Positions 29,066 to 38,681 of a DNA stretch of 64,000 bases are shown piece by piece (the first letter of the stretch is position 1; each line of letters opens with the position of its first letter). The notes below the pieces were generated by a model. That model ran no database searches. It was not told the origin of the DNA and worked only from the letters and a program-made list of their open reading frames with translations. Origin of the DNA: Oligoflexia bacterium (lineage in GTDB: Bacteria; Bdellovibrionota; UBA1018); NCBI GenBank assembly GCA_903935335.1, contig CAIZRG010000054.1:106306-170305 (forward strand), in the 5' to 3' direction. The position numbers were made by a program, and so were the translations under genes.

Positions 29066-30853
29066 ATGATTATTAGAATATTTAGAGTACTTATATTAAT
29101 TCTGATTATATTTGAATTTTCCTTGATTTTTTTTAAGAGTTCGGCTTTTGCTGGAAAAAAGAAGAAATACAGAAAAGAGGCTGTCGCAATAACTTCTGGA
29201 TCTGTTGTTCTCACTAGTCTAAAAAACTCTCTTCTTATAGCAGAACCAGCTTTAGTAGCACGAAGTGAAGCTGAAGAAATTTTGTATCAATTACAGGAAA
29301 GTAGAAATGTTCTGAATGATACGAGTGGGCAGCATCATCGGTGTGATTCCGAGACACAAGACCCCGTAGAAATTAAAGAAAATTTGATTGAGAGTCAGCA
29401 AAGAATCCTTTGTACAGGAAAAGCAAGTCTCAAGAAATTTTGTACTGAATTTTTAAATGGATTAATGACTGGGGGTGTGCTCGGTGTTGTTACCCAAATT
29501 GCTGCAGCTCAGTGTACAGGTTTGGTTTTAGGTTCGGATGCTACGAATGGAAATCAATTAGTTGTGAACGGAGTTCAACAAGCAATTAATACAGCCTTAT
29601 CAGCAGCGATAACTGGAATCTATACTGCCTGGACAAAGTGCGCTCTGACTCCCTCTGAAGGTATGGCAGAAATTTACAAAATCATGAAGAAATCTTCCAA
29701 AGCCCAGTTGGAGGCTATGCCCTTCGATATCAAGAATAGAGTGCGAGCAATCGATGGGCAAATTGATCAATACATTTCTCAGCTTGTTTACGGAAGTGCT
29801 ACTTCTTTTGATGAAATTGTGAAACGACTTAGACGTAGAGAACTTGTTTATATGCTTTTTAATACACAAATAAGAGATATATCAAGAAACAGCTTGAAGA
29901 TTAGTGATGAAGACAAATCAAGAATTGATTCTGAATTCAATAAAATATTAGATGACTATCCAGAACACCGAGATTCTTTAAAAGTCGTACTGACGCGGAT
30001 ACGAGATAATTCTTCTGAGACTCATACTCCAGATCCGAAAACAGTCCAGTTCTATCTCTACGGACCCCCTGGTACTGGTAAAACAACAATTGCGGAACGA
30101 ATTGCAAATGCAACAGGGCAATACTATTGCTGGATACCGACCAAAGACCTCACTTTAAGTGATCTAACGGGTGCCGGGTTGCATTTTGATAATTGGTTTC
30201 AACAGACTGACGAAATGCTCTTAGGAAAGATTGGAGATTGCATCAGAAGAGCAAACGGTAGAGGTATCTTATTTAACTTTGACGAAATTGGAGAAATGCT
30301 TGGAGATGATGGTAGCAATTCTAGTGTTCAGGAGTCTGATCAACAGAAGCAGCTTAAAAGTCTAGTAAAAAAACTATTTGACCCAAGTACCAAAGTACTT
30401 GCTTTTGACGGATTAGGTATTGTGGCTCCAATATCCCGTTTTACAATTATAGGCACAGGGAATAAGCCATTAATTGATTCCGCAATTCTCGAGCGATTAC
30501 CACAATTTAGATTTATGAGCTTACGTCCTAGTCAAAAAGCAGCTGCTTTTAGAGCTGGATATCGAGACACTTACACTCGATTAAAAAATCAGGTAACTCA
30601 GGAAGAGATTTTAGAAATTAAAAATGTTACTGATCAATATATTGAGTTTATTTTCGAACAAGACGAAGCATTCCCAGGTGGGCGAGTTGTTAAAGAAATT
30701 ATAGAAGAATTTGTCGTTCATGTTAAAAACAAAATTCTTGATAAGGGGACAATTGACACAGGTGAGTTGCAAAGCTTTATCTTAGAGGCATTTGGAAGAC
30801 GAAAGAAGGATGGAGGAGTCCCTAGCTCTGAACCCATACTTCCTGTCAGTTAG
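29066..30853 (+). CDS. Lon-like AAA+ ATPase with an N-terminal signal/anchor and no protease domain
   Basis: Walker A YGPPGTGKTT, Walker B FNFDEI, sensor-1 IGTGN, AILERL, PGGR. Confidence 0.75.
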   Translation: MIIRIFRVLILILIIFEFSLIFFKSSAFAGKKKKYRKEAVAITSGSVVLTSLKNSLLIAEPALVARSEAEEILYQLQESRNVLNDTSGQHHRCDSETQDPVEIKENLIESQQRILCTGKASLKKFCTEFLNGLMTGGVLGVVTQIAAAQCTGLVLGSDATNGNQLVVNGVQQAINTALSAAITGIYTAWTKCALTPSEGMAEIYKIMKKSSKAQLEAMPFDIKNRVRAIDGQIDQYISQLVYGSATSFDEIVKRLRRRELVYMLFNTQIRDISRNSLKISDEDKSRIDSEFNKILDDYPEHRDSLKVVLTRIRDNSSETHTPDPKTVQFYLYGPPGTGKTTIAERIANATGQYYCWIPTKDLTLSDLTGAGLHFDNWFQQTDEMLLGKIGDCIRRANGRGILFNFDEIGEMLGDDGSNSSVQESDQQKQLKSLVKKLFDPSTKVLAFDGLGIVAPISRFTIIGTGNKPLIDSAILERLPQFRFMSLRPSQKAAAFRAGYRDTYTRLKNQVTQEEILEIKNVTDQYIEFIFEQDEAFPGGRVVKEIIEEFVVHVKNKILDKGTIDTGELQSFILEAFGRRKKDGGVPSSEPILPVS

Positions 30854-31224
30854 GAGAAAGACGAGAAATAAACCTAAGTGAAGTATTTGACTTTTTTCGT
30901 AAACAAAAAAAATTCGCTCATCATTCATATGTTAAGCATAAATGAATGTCTAAGATTTCTATGCCTGCCTTTATTTGAAGAATACTGCGCGATGTACTTA
31001 ACTAACTGCTGTCAAGCTTGCAATTTAAGTTAGATTTTCCAGTTAGCTTTATTCCCTTTAATAAAGTCATCTTTTTTAATGTAGTGGGCTGATCCAAAAT
31101 CAATAAGTCAGAGACTCTGTCCTGGACTCTAATTAATCACCTAGGATGGAAGGAAGTCCATTTGGGTCATCAAAATACCCTCTACGTCTTATCCATGCAG
31201 CGTGAGAATTTATTCCAATTTTTC

Positions 31225-31494
31225 TCAAGATAGAAGTGGTGACTGTAGCAAAGTCTTTGCAACTCGTCCTCGACGAGATTGGGCAATTTGCTCATCGACT
31301 ACCAGTAATTTGATGGTTTCGATTGAAGTTCCATCTTCATTGACGTTAACAGAGCGGTTAAAAAATTGAATTTCTGAGTCGGTATTTGATTGAACAGCAA
31401 AACGTGCCTCAGCAAGAGTCGGAAAAACGAGAACGGATAATATAGCAGCCAACGCAAATCTACATAAAAATCTAAAATGATGCACAATGTACAA
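31225..31494 (-). pseudogene. Truncated exported protein (DUF3857/transglutaminase-type N-terminus)
   Basis: Signal peptide, then IQFFNRSVNVNEDGTSIETI, then an abrupt change of sequence and a stop. Confidence 0.4.
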
Positions 31495-31550
31495 ACTAAC
31501 ATTGAAGATTCAGGAGGGCAAGGTGTACAAGGTGAAACGAAGCTAATGGT

Positions 31551-31614
31551 GCTCAAGAAAATTTCTTTTAGGGCGTGAAGATTTAGATTTCAAACCAAAA
31601 ACATTTTCTTGAGC
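31551..31614. repeat. Dispersed ~65-bp palindromic repeat, copy 1
   Basis: GCTCAAGAAAATTTCTTTT...CGTGAAGATTTAGATTTC...AAAAACATTTTCTTGAGC. Second copy at 54054-54118. Confidence 0.8.
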
Positions 31615-31733
31615 CCTGTAGAAGGGCTTGGTAGAAGTTAAGTCTGTTTATTTCATGGTTAAATTAATGTATCCAATCTGATTGTTATTGAGTTTGCCTG
31701 ATTTTCGCACTTATTATTCGAAACGAGGTTTTC

Positions 31734-33656
31734 ATGATTCAGGTTCAGTGTATTAGCAAGCAATATGGCAGCAAGGTGCTTTTTGAAAACGCAGATGTTT
31801 TCATTGGCGCTCATGCTAGAGCCGCTCTTGTTGGGCCCAATGGTGCTGGAAAGAGTACTTTAATCAGGTTGATTCTGGGTCAAGAGAGTCCAGATTCAGG
31901 ACGTATTATCCGGTCCCAGCATCTTCAGCTAGGGTACCTGGCTCAGGAAGTTCCCAAGATGGAGGGTGGGACTGTTCTTTCCACGGTGATGAAGAAAAGT
32001 AATCGATTGGAGAGTCTTCAGCAGAGAAGGTCCATAATCGAGGAAGAGTTCGCTTCAGGTTTGGAAGACGTTCAGGTTTTGGAGGAGTATGGATCGATTC
32101 TAAGTGAGCTTGATCGATTCGACGAAGCAAAACTCGAGGCACGCGCGAAGGAAATTCTTATGGGAATGGGTTTTAAAGCCTCTGATTTTTCTCGCAACCT
32201 GACTGAGTTTAGCGGAGGCTGGTTGATGAGGGTGGTGTTTTCTCGCCTTCTCTTTCTAGAGCCCAACCTTCTTTTGTTGGATGAGCCAACAAACCATCTG
32301 GATCTGGAGAGCCTTCTGTGGCTAGAGAACTTTTTAAAAAACTATCCTGGGGCGATCTTTGTGATCAGTCACGATACGGCGTTTCTCAATGCACTCGTAG
32401 ATGAAGTGATAGAAATTGATCAAAATAAGATATTTCAATACAAAGGGAACCTGACCGCCCACGAAGTTCAAAAAAATGCTCGTCTGGAGTTTTTGAAAGC
32501 TCAGTATCGACAGCAGCAGATCAAAATAGAGCAGCTTCAAGATTTCATTGGTCGTAATCAAGCAAAGGCTTCTAAGGCAAAGCAGGCTCAAAGCCGGGTC
32601 AAGCAGCTTGAGAAGATCGAACGAATTGAACTTCCCCAAGAAAAATCTGGTATTCGGTTTAGGTTCCCAACAATTCCTCCTGGTGGAAAAGAAGTGATTT
32701 CCCTTCAGAATGTTAAAGTTCATTTTGGCGAAAAGAAAGTTTTTGAGCGGCTCAACTGGACCCTGCAGCGTGGAGCGCGGGTAGCCATTTTGGGTGTAAA
32801 CGGGGCTGGAAAGACAACCTTATTACGGATTTTGAGTGGGCAACTCGAGCCGACCGAGGGTGAAGTCAAACTAGGTCATAATCTCAAGATGGGGTACTAT
32901 GCTCAACATCAGTCTGAAACACTGAGTTTGCAAAAGACCGTTTTACAGGAGTTACATGATACGGCTCCCCATCTTGATGTGAGTCATGTCCGGGGTGTTG
33001 CGGGTGCCTTTTTGTTCAGAGGTGATGCCGTCGAAAAGAAGTGCTCTGTCCTTTCGGGTGGAGAAAAAGCGCGAGTCTCTTTGGCTAAGCTTCTTTTGCT
33101 CCCGTCCAACTTTTTAATTTTAGACGAGCCAACGAATCATCTCGACAAAGATTCTAGAGATGTTCTGTTGGAGGCTCTTAAGAGCTATCCCGGAACGATC
33201 TGTTTAGTAACTCACGACAGGGATTTCGCCATACCTTTGGTAAGCTCGGTCCTTGAGATTCATCCTGGATTGCAATCTCATGAGCCTTCTCAGGCGGTCC
33301 AGCTTTTGGGCTCATATCAGGATTATCTGGATAAAAAATTGAAAGAACTCCAGGTGCGGCAGGAGTCGGCCTCGGCTAAGGATTCCGGGCGTCAGACAGG
33401 AATCCTTCAAAGAGACAGGGAATCGGATCGGAATCGACGCAAGCAGGCCAACCTTCTCGAGAGACGTCAGGCTAGTCTGGAGAAGGAGATCATCGATTTA
33501 GAGGAAAGCCTGTGCGAGATTGATACTCTTTTAACCCTTCAAACTCAGGGAAATAGCGCGGAAACAATCCAGCTTGTACGCAAGAGGCGCGAAGTCGAGG
33601 AATTAATATTAAAAAAAGAAAGAGAATGGGAAGAGGCGCTAAAACTTTCCTCTTGA
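31734..33656 (+). CDS. ABC-F family ribosome-associated ATPase
   Basis: Two ABC domains (GPNGAGKS/FSGGW/LDEPTNHLD and GVNGAGKT/LSGGE/LDEPTNHLD), no TM segments, C-terminal coiled coil. Confidence 0.95.
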   Translation: MIQVQCISKQYGSKVLFENADVFIGAHARAALVGPNGAGKSTLIRLILGQESPDSGRIIRSQHLQLGYLAQEVPKMEGGTVLSTVMKKSNRLESLQQRRSIIEEEFASGLEDVQVLEEYGSILSELDRFDEAKLEARAKEILMGMGFKASDFSRNLTEFSGGWLMRVVFSRLLFLEPNLLLLDEPTNHLDLESLLWLENFLKNYPGAIFVISHDTAFLNALVDEVIEIDQNKIFQYKGNLTAHEVQKNARLEFLKAQYRQQQIKIEQLQDFIGRNQAKASKAKQAQSRVKQLEKIERIELPQEKSGIRFRFPTIPPGGKEVISLQNVKVHFGEKKVFERLNWTLQRGARVAILGVNGAGKTTLLRILSGQLEPTEGEVKLGHNLKMGYYAQHQSETLSLQKTVLQELHDTAPHLDVSHVRGVAGAFLFRGDAVEKKCSVLSGGEKARVSLAKLLLLPSNFLILDEPTNHLDKDSRDVLLEALKSYPGTICLVTHDRDFAIPLVSSVLEIHPGLQSHEPSQAVQLLGSYQDYLDKKLKELQVRQESASAKDSGRQTGILQRDRESDRNRRKQANLLERRQASLEKEIIDLEESLCEIDTLLTLQTQGNSAETIQLVRKRREVEELILKKEREWEEALKLSS

Positions 33657-33691
33657 TTTGGTGCTTCGTCCTTGGTCTTGGTCGGTTTTCA

Positions 33692-33749
33692 TTTTCATAC
33701 CAACTTTAAGTTGCGACATCAATGTCATCACTTAAAGTTGGCATGAAAA
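33692..33749. terminator. Long hairpin between convergent genes (bidirectional terminator)
   Basis: TTTTCATACCAACTTTAAGT...ACTTAAAGTTGGCATGAAAA. Confidence 0.65.
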
Positions 33750-33771
33750 GATTTTTTCCCTTTTTGTGCAA

Positions 33772-34167
33772 TTATTCAGCTTTTGCTTTTGTTGTCAAAA
33801 TTCGACTAAAATAGCTTCGATACGAAAACAGTAGAAAGCCTTCGAGTGCCGAAAATACCAGTCCTGGTGCGATCCCTTCTCCACCCATCAAACAGATATG
33901 AAAAGCGAGGATGTTAACAAGTACGGGTGCGAGCAGAAGTAAGCCAAGGGGAGCAGTGCCACCCAACAGAACAAAAGTTCCACCTACGAATTGAAATAAG
34001 CCCACTAGACCCATCCAATGAGTTGGAAAGGCGACAGCCATGAATTGTGCTGCCAGCGAGCCAGGAGGAGGGGGTGGTTGCGGTAAAAATGGATGCAGAA
34101 GATTCAAACCAAATACAACAAACCCCAATCCAAGAAGAACTCGGCTAATGATGACTGCAACTTTCAT
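33772..34167 (-). CDS. DoxX-like membrane protein
   Basis: RVLLGLGFVVFGLN, PVLVNILAFH, 4 TM segments. Confidence 0.7.
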   Translation of the reverse strand: MKVAVIISRVLLGLGFVVFGLNLLHPFLPQPPPPPGSLAAQFMAVAFPTHWMGLVGLFQFVGGTFVLLGGTAPLGLLLLAPVLVNILAFHICLMGGEGIAPGLVFSALEGFLLFSYRSYFSRILTTKAKAE

Positions 34168-34302
34168 AAAGATTCCTCCGTTGTTAAGAGCGACTTGCTC
34201 ATCTATAGTAAAGCATATATGAGAAGTAGCTCATTAAAAAGAAGGCACATTCTGTTACAACTTGGATAATATTACGCAAAAGCATGCGAATAGGGTCATG
34301 TC

Positions 34303-36305
34303 TTGGGTGAAGTGCTAAAATGTTTCCAACGCTATATAGAGTTTTCTATGCGATTCGTGATTAGATCTTCTCAGTGTTTAATGGTTGCATTTGCTAGTTT
34401 AGCAATCATCCTCTCTGCCAAATCAAATGCAAGCAATACAACTCATGACAAGGTTTTTAGCACTGAGAATGTCATCGTTTCTATGTCGGGACCACAGATG
34501 GATTTATCGCGAACCGAAGTGATTATGAAACTGGCAGGTTACTCGTTGGAGATACCACAAAAATTTGATTTTCCCGCTAATCGTTCTTTGATTCTTCAGA
34601 TTTATAAGCCAAAAAATATAGCAACTACCAAACTACCCGTTATTTTATTTTCAGGTGGGTGGAGTGAAGATTTTAGATTATATTCAACGGTTTTGAAAAG
34701 CATAAGCTCACGTGGTTATTTTTTTTTTAATATTGATCATTACTATCATCAAAATAGTAAGAGCCATTCAGTTGGCTTTGATCATTGGGTTAAGGAACAA
34801 AGGAAAAACAGTGAGTTAGAGAGTCAAAAAATGCAGCAAGAGAATTTTATGAGAACAAAAATGGCTCTTCTTGAAATTTACAAAAAGGACATTTTATTTA
34901 TAATGGATAGATTGCCTGAAATTTTAAAAACAGAGCCAAATGCAAATTTATCGCAATTGATATTGATGGGGCATTCAATAGGAGGCAATGCTGATAAAGC
35001 TGTAATTGAACAACTTTTTAAATCTGATGCAACTAAAGAGCGAGTAATGGCTTTTGTTTCGTTTGATTCAAGATTAAACCAACTTGGACTAAAAACAGTT
35101 TTTGAGATTCCAACATTGCTTCTGGGTGCGTCCTCGTGGTATTCGGGTAAAAAGGATCCTTTACGTGAACTCCCAAAACAAACTAACTTAAGATTAAAAG
35201 TTCTCGATCACACGACTCATGTTTCCTTTGATGATGTTGCTATTTTCTCTATGATTGGACGAGATTTAGAACCGCTAAAATATGGTATGAATGAATTTGC
35301 AAAACAAGAATTAGATGTAGATATAATAAAAATTAAAAATGGAAATACTCAGCGGTTTGGCGAGGAATTGTTTTTGGGTGATCGGAAGGAAACGATTGCA
35401 TTTATCAATGATCTATCCAGTGAAGTAGACGACTTTATTAAAAATTTATCGCTTCAAGGGTTTCGGACTCCTTATTCCACCTACGAAAAGGATTTGGCTG
35501 ATGTTGAAGCTTCGTCAGGTGGCCACATTGGAGTATCTGCAATAGATACGAGCAATCATAGAATTTTGAATTATCATGCTGAAGAAAAATTTCAATTATG
35601 GAGTACATTTAAGCTCTTTTTAGCTGCGGCTGTTCTCAAAAACAGTATGATGAATCCTAAGCTTTTATCAGAACGCATCCATTACACTAAAAGCGATGTT
35701 GAATTGGCTGGGTATGCTCCCATTACCATTACCGAAAAAAATATCAAGGAAGGTCTTACGGTTGCTTAATTGTGTGCAGCGTCAATTCAACATAGTGATA
35801 ATGCTGCTGCGAATTTACTGATGCGTAAAATAGGCGGACCCAGTGCTGTTACTCAATTTCTTCGTTCAATAGGAGATACTGCGTTTAGATTAGATCGCTG
35901 GGAGCCTGATTTGAATACTCCTATTCCAGGAGAGTTGCCAGGGGAGCAGCAAGATACCTCTACTCCAGGAGGAGTTGCTCAAAGTTTACAGCATCTTCTC
36001 GTCGATGGGGATGCTTTAGGACAAACCGAACGAACTCAGTTGATCGATTGGCTCAAAGGCAATACAACAGGGGACACGCGCATTCGAGCGAGTGTGCCTC
36101 AAGGTGGATTGTCGGAGATAAAACAGGTACAGGACTTTTTGGAACGACAAATGATATTGGAATTATTTATCCTAATGCAGGGAAGGGGGAGCCAATGATT
36201 ATGGCAATTTATTTTACTCAGAAGGAAAGGGACGCGCCACCTCGTAACGATGTTGTAGCTTCAGTTGCTAGAATTTTGTTGAGTGAATTTCAGAGGAAAA
36301 AATAA
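34303..36305 (+). pseudogene. Alpha/beta-hydrolase fused to class A beta-lactamase, broken by a nonsense codon (35767-35769) and a frameshift (~36104)
   Basis: Hydrolase motifs GHSIGG and HVSFDD, then STFK, SDN, RWEPDLN and KTG. Reads VA*LCAA in frame. [11 protein letters not shown] needs a 1-nt shift. Confidence 0.85.
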
Positions 36306-36466
36306 ATTTTAGACTATTAATTGCTTTCTAGTTCGTATTTTTTATCTCTAGATTAAGCTTTCCCAGTGTTTATCCGATTTTCATTTGACTTACTGACGAT
36401 AGGGGGAGTGGTGATTTCGGATGGTAATTCCCGTTCCGATAGAGTCCATTAATGGAAGAATAGTGA

Positions 36467-36743
36467 TCAGCGTCGACGTTGGGTAGTGACCTCATTTTTT
36501 TTAAATATATTTACAAAATTTGATGCATCTAAAGAAATGCCTTTGGGTAAACATCTTATCACAGAGGGTCTTTGAAGAACTTTTTGTATTTCTAAAAATT
36601 GCTCAGGACTGCTGGCAAAATCAAATGCGTGCATACGAAATTTTTGTAAAATATGACCAGGTACTCCATGTGGAGAAAGAATGCCACTCACCAAAATATT
36701 GGTATCAAGAACGGCGATAATTTTTTTCTGTGTCAAGACGAAC
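36467..36743 (-). pseudogene. PIN-domain TA toxin, truncated
   Basis: AVLDTNILVSGILSPHGVPGHIL, EIQKVLQRP. C-terminal catalytic aspartates absent. Confidence 0.65.
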
Positions 36744-36948
36744 CTCTTTGAGTGCCTGAGAAACCCTTTTTTCAATTTTTTCAGTAGAGATGTGATCTGT
36801 TTTAGCCCAAATTTTATCTAATGAGTCCCAAACTAATTGTTCTTCTTTTGTTTTGGGTTGACAAGCTTCTTGAATAGACAGACAGAATGACTTCTGCAAC
36901 AGTTACTTTTTTTAAAGTTGCCATTTTTCGCAAGAGGATAATATCACC
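36705..36948 (-). pseudogene. Cognate antitoxin remnant cut by IS256
   Basis: IEKRVSQALKEVR C-terminus overlaps the PIN start. 5' end abuts the IS fragment. Confidence 0.45.
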
Positions 36949-37314
36949 TTGATCTTAATTTTTTGATCCCCCACAAATACAGATCCAGAATTCTGCCCTC
37001 AACGTTTTCTATGGCCTCCTGTACGACCGTAACGATCTTCTTCACGGAGTTCTGTGACCTCCCCTTGTAATTCTTTCTCAACAGCCTTTAAATAGGGGAA
37101 TCAGCATCTGGATCATGCAGAGCCTACTCTCTCTATCTCAACTCTGGCTTGACATTTCTTCAACTCTTTGATTCCTGATATTGATTCTTTTCGCCTGTTT
37201 GTATAGTTTGATACTCATGTCTGACTTTTCTTGGTTTTGGTTTGGATTTGTTCATTAACCCACCTAAACAGGGTAAGGTCAGACTGCAATTTCAACTCAA
37301 CTTAGTACTTCACC
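36949..37314 (-). mobile_element. IS256-family fragment (left end plus transposase 5' part)
   Basis: Reverse complement aligns with 39776-40135. Terminus GGTGAAGTACTAAGTTGAGTTGAAATT. Confidence 0.8.
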
Positions 37315-37324
37315 GGAGAAACCT

Positions 37325-37987
37325 ATGAACCCATCATTCGATTCCGTCATTGCTGACCTTCACCTTCTACGCCATCCGTTTTACCAAGCCTGGATGCAAG
37401 GGGCTCTGTCTCAAGAAATACTCAAGGACTACGCCAGACAGTACTATTTTCATGTGGATCGCTTTCCAAGATATATAAGCGCCATCCACTCCAATTGCGA
37501 GAACGGCACTTGGCGTAATGAGCTTTTAAAGAATCTCAACGATGAAGAGGGGTCATCAGGACTTTCTTCACATCCTGAACTTTGGCTGCAATTTGCAGAA
37601 GGACTTGGTCTTGATCGCAAAGATGTTCTTGCAACCACTCCTCGCCCAGCCATTCAGGATGTCACCTCGATATTTTTTGGCTGCGCCAGAGCTTCGTTTC
37701 ACGAAGGCGTGGGTGCCCTTTATGCCTATGAGTCCCAGGTTCCTGAAATCGCAAAATCAAAAATAGAAGGATTAAAACAGTATTATGGAATTCAAGATCA
37801 ACGAACATTATGTTTTTTTGAGGTTCACCAAAAGGCTGATATTGAGCATCGAAAGGTATTATTAAATATGCTTGAAAATTTTCCTGAAACAGAAAAGAGC
37901 TGCGCTAAGGAATCTGCCCGTCGTGCAGCTAAGGCATTGTGGGATTTTTTATCAGATGTGCAAGAACAAGAATTGGCCCATGCTTAA
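37325..37987 (+). CDS. CADD-family (CT610/TenA/PqqC-like heme-oxygenase-fold dimetal oxidase) putative pABA synthase
   Basis: HLLRHPFYQAW, DYARQYY, NLNDEE, HPELW, YESQVPEIAKSKIEGL, FFEVHQKADIEH. Confidence 0.9.
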   Translation: MNPSFDSVIADLHLLRHPFYQAWMQGALSQEILKDYARQYYFHVDRFPRYISAIHSNCENGTWRNELLKNLNDEEGSSGLSSHPELWLQFAEGLGLDRKDVLATTPRPAIQDVTSIFFGCARASFHEGVGALYAYESQVPEIAKSKIEGLKQYYGIQDQRTLCFFEVHQKADIEHRKVLLNMLENFPETEKSCAKESARRAAKALWDFLSDVQEQELAHA

Positions 37988-38304
37988 GTCAGAGGTCGTG
38001 CCATTTCTCTCGTTACTCCTGACTGTGGGTTTTTGATTTAAGGAAATGCCCCCAGGAGTTGTCAGTGATAAATTGAATTAAAGGGTATGACTCAATCATT
38101 GGTCTTTAGACCAGAGTCAAGCCCGCTCAAGCCGTTAGGCTTGAGGTCTTCTTTTATCCTCAACGTATTTTTTCACAATTTCGGGTTAACCCCATTATTT
38201 TGGACAAATTTCTTTCATAGTCTGATTTCCTCAATATCCAGCTTTATGCCTGCCTTTCAGAGCTGAATCACCTCCACTGGTGTTCTCATTGTGTAATTGC
38301 ACTG

Positions 38305-38559
38305 ATGGGGACCACCCGAACTCGCTCTCAGTTGCGATATGGAGAGGCATTGAAGAAACGAAGGGTGACGAGTCATCAAAAAAAGGAGCTAGAGAACATC
38401 GATAAAATGAGGAAGCTCCGAGCGCAGGGGTTTAGTTGCTGGAAGATTGCCGACATTCTCAATTCCCTTGGGATCAAAACTAAGACTGGCTAGGGTAGGT
38501 GGCATTCTCGGTCTGTTCAAGAGGTATTAAAAGCATACAATCAGGAGGTGCCAAACTAG
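38305..38559 (+). pseudogene. Serine-recombinase DNA-binding domain remnant
   Basis: YG...MRKLRAQGFSCWKIADILNSLGIKTKTG*GRWHSRSV with an internal TAG. Confidence 0.6.
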
Positions 38560-38590
38560 TTTTTAGTGAGTGCTCGTTCTCTATAACCTC

Positions 38591-38680
38591 TTCCGCCATG
38601 TTGGCGGATGGCGGATAACTGGCGGAAAAACTAGAAATATTTTATCCGCCAACTTGACAATGGCGGATAAGTGGCGGATA
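38591..38680. promoter_or_regulatory. Cluster of 7 TGGCGGA motifs around a TTGACA box upstream of the fic gene
   Basis: Five direct copies (38602, 38609, 38620, 38661, 38672), two inverted copies (38592, 38645), TTGACA at 38654-38659. Confidence 0.7.
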
Positions 38681-38681
38681 A

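Noticed and set aside
35767-35769. Stop-codon readthrough or an alternative genetic code at the in-frame TAA
   Set aside because: A second lesion (frameshift) follows, and other genes end normally at TAA/TGA/TAG. Decay or sequencing error is simpler.
38591-38680. TGGCGGA repeats as a CRISPR array or iterons
   Set aside because: Units are 7-9 bp in mixed orientation with irregular spacing. No cas or rep gene is present.
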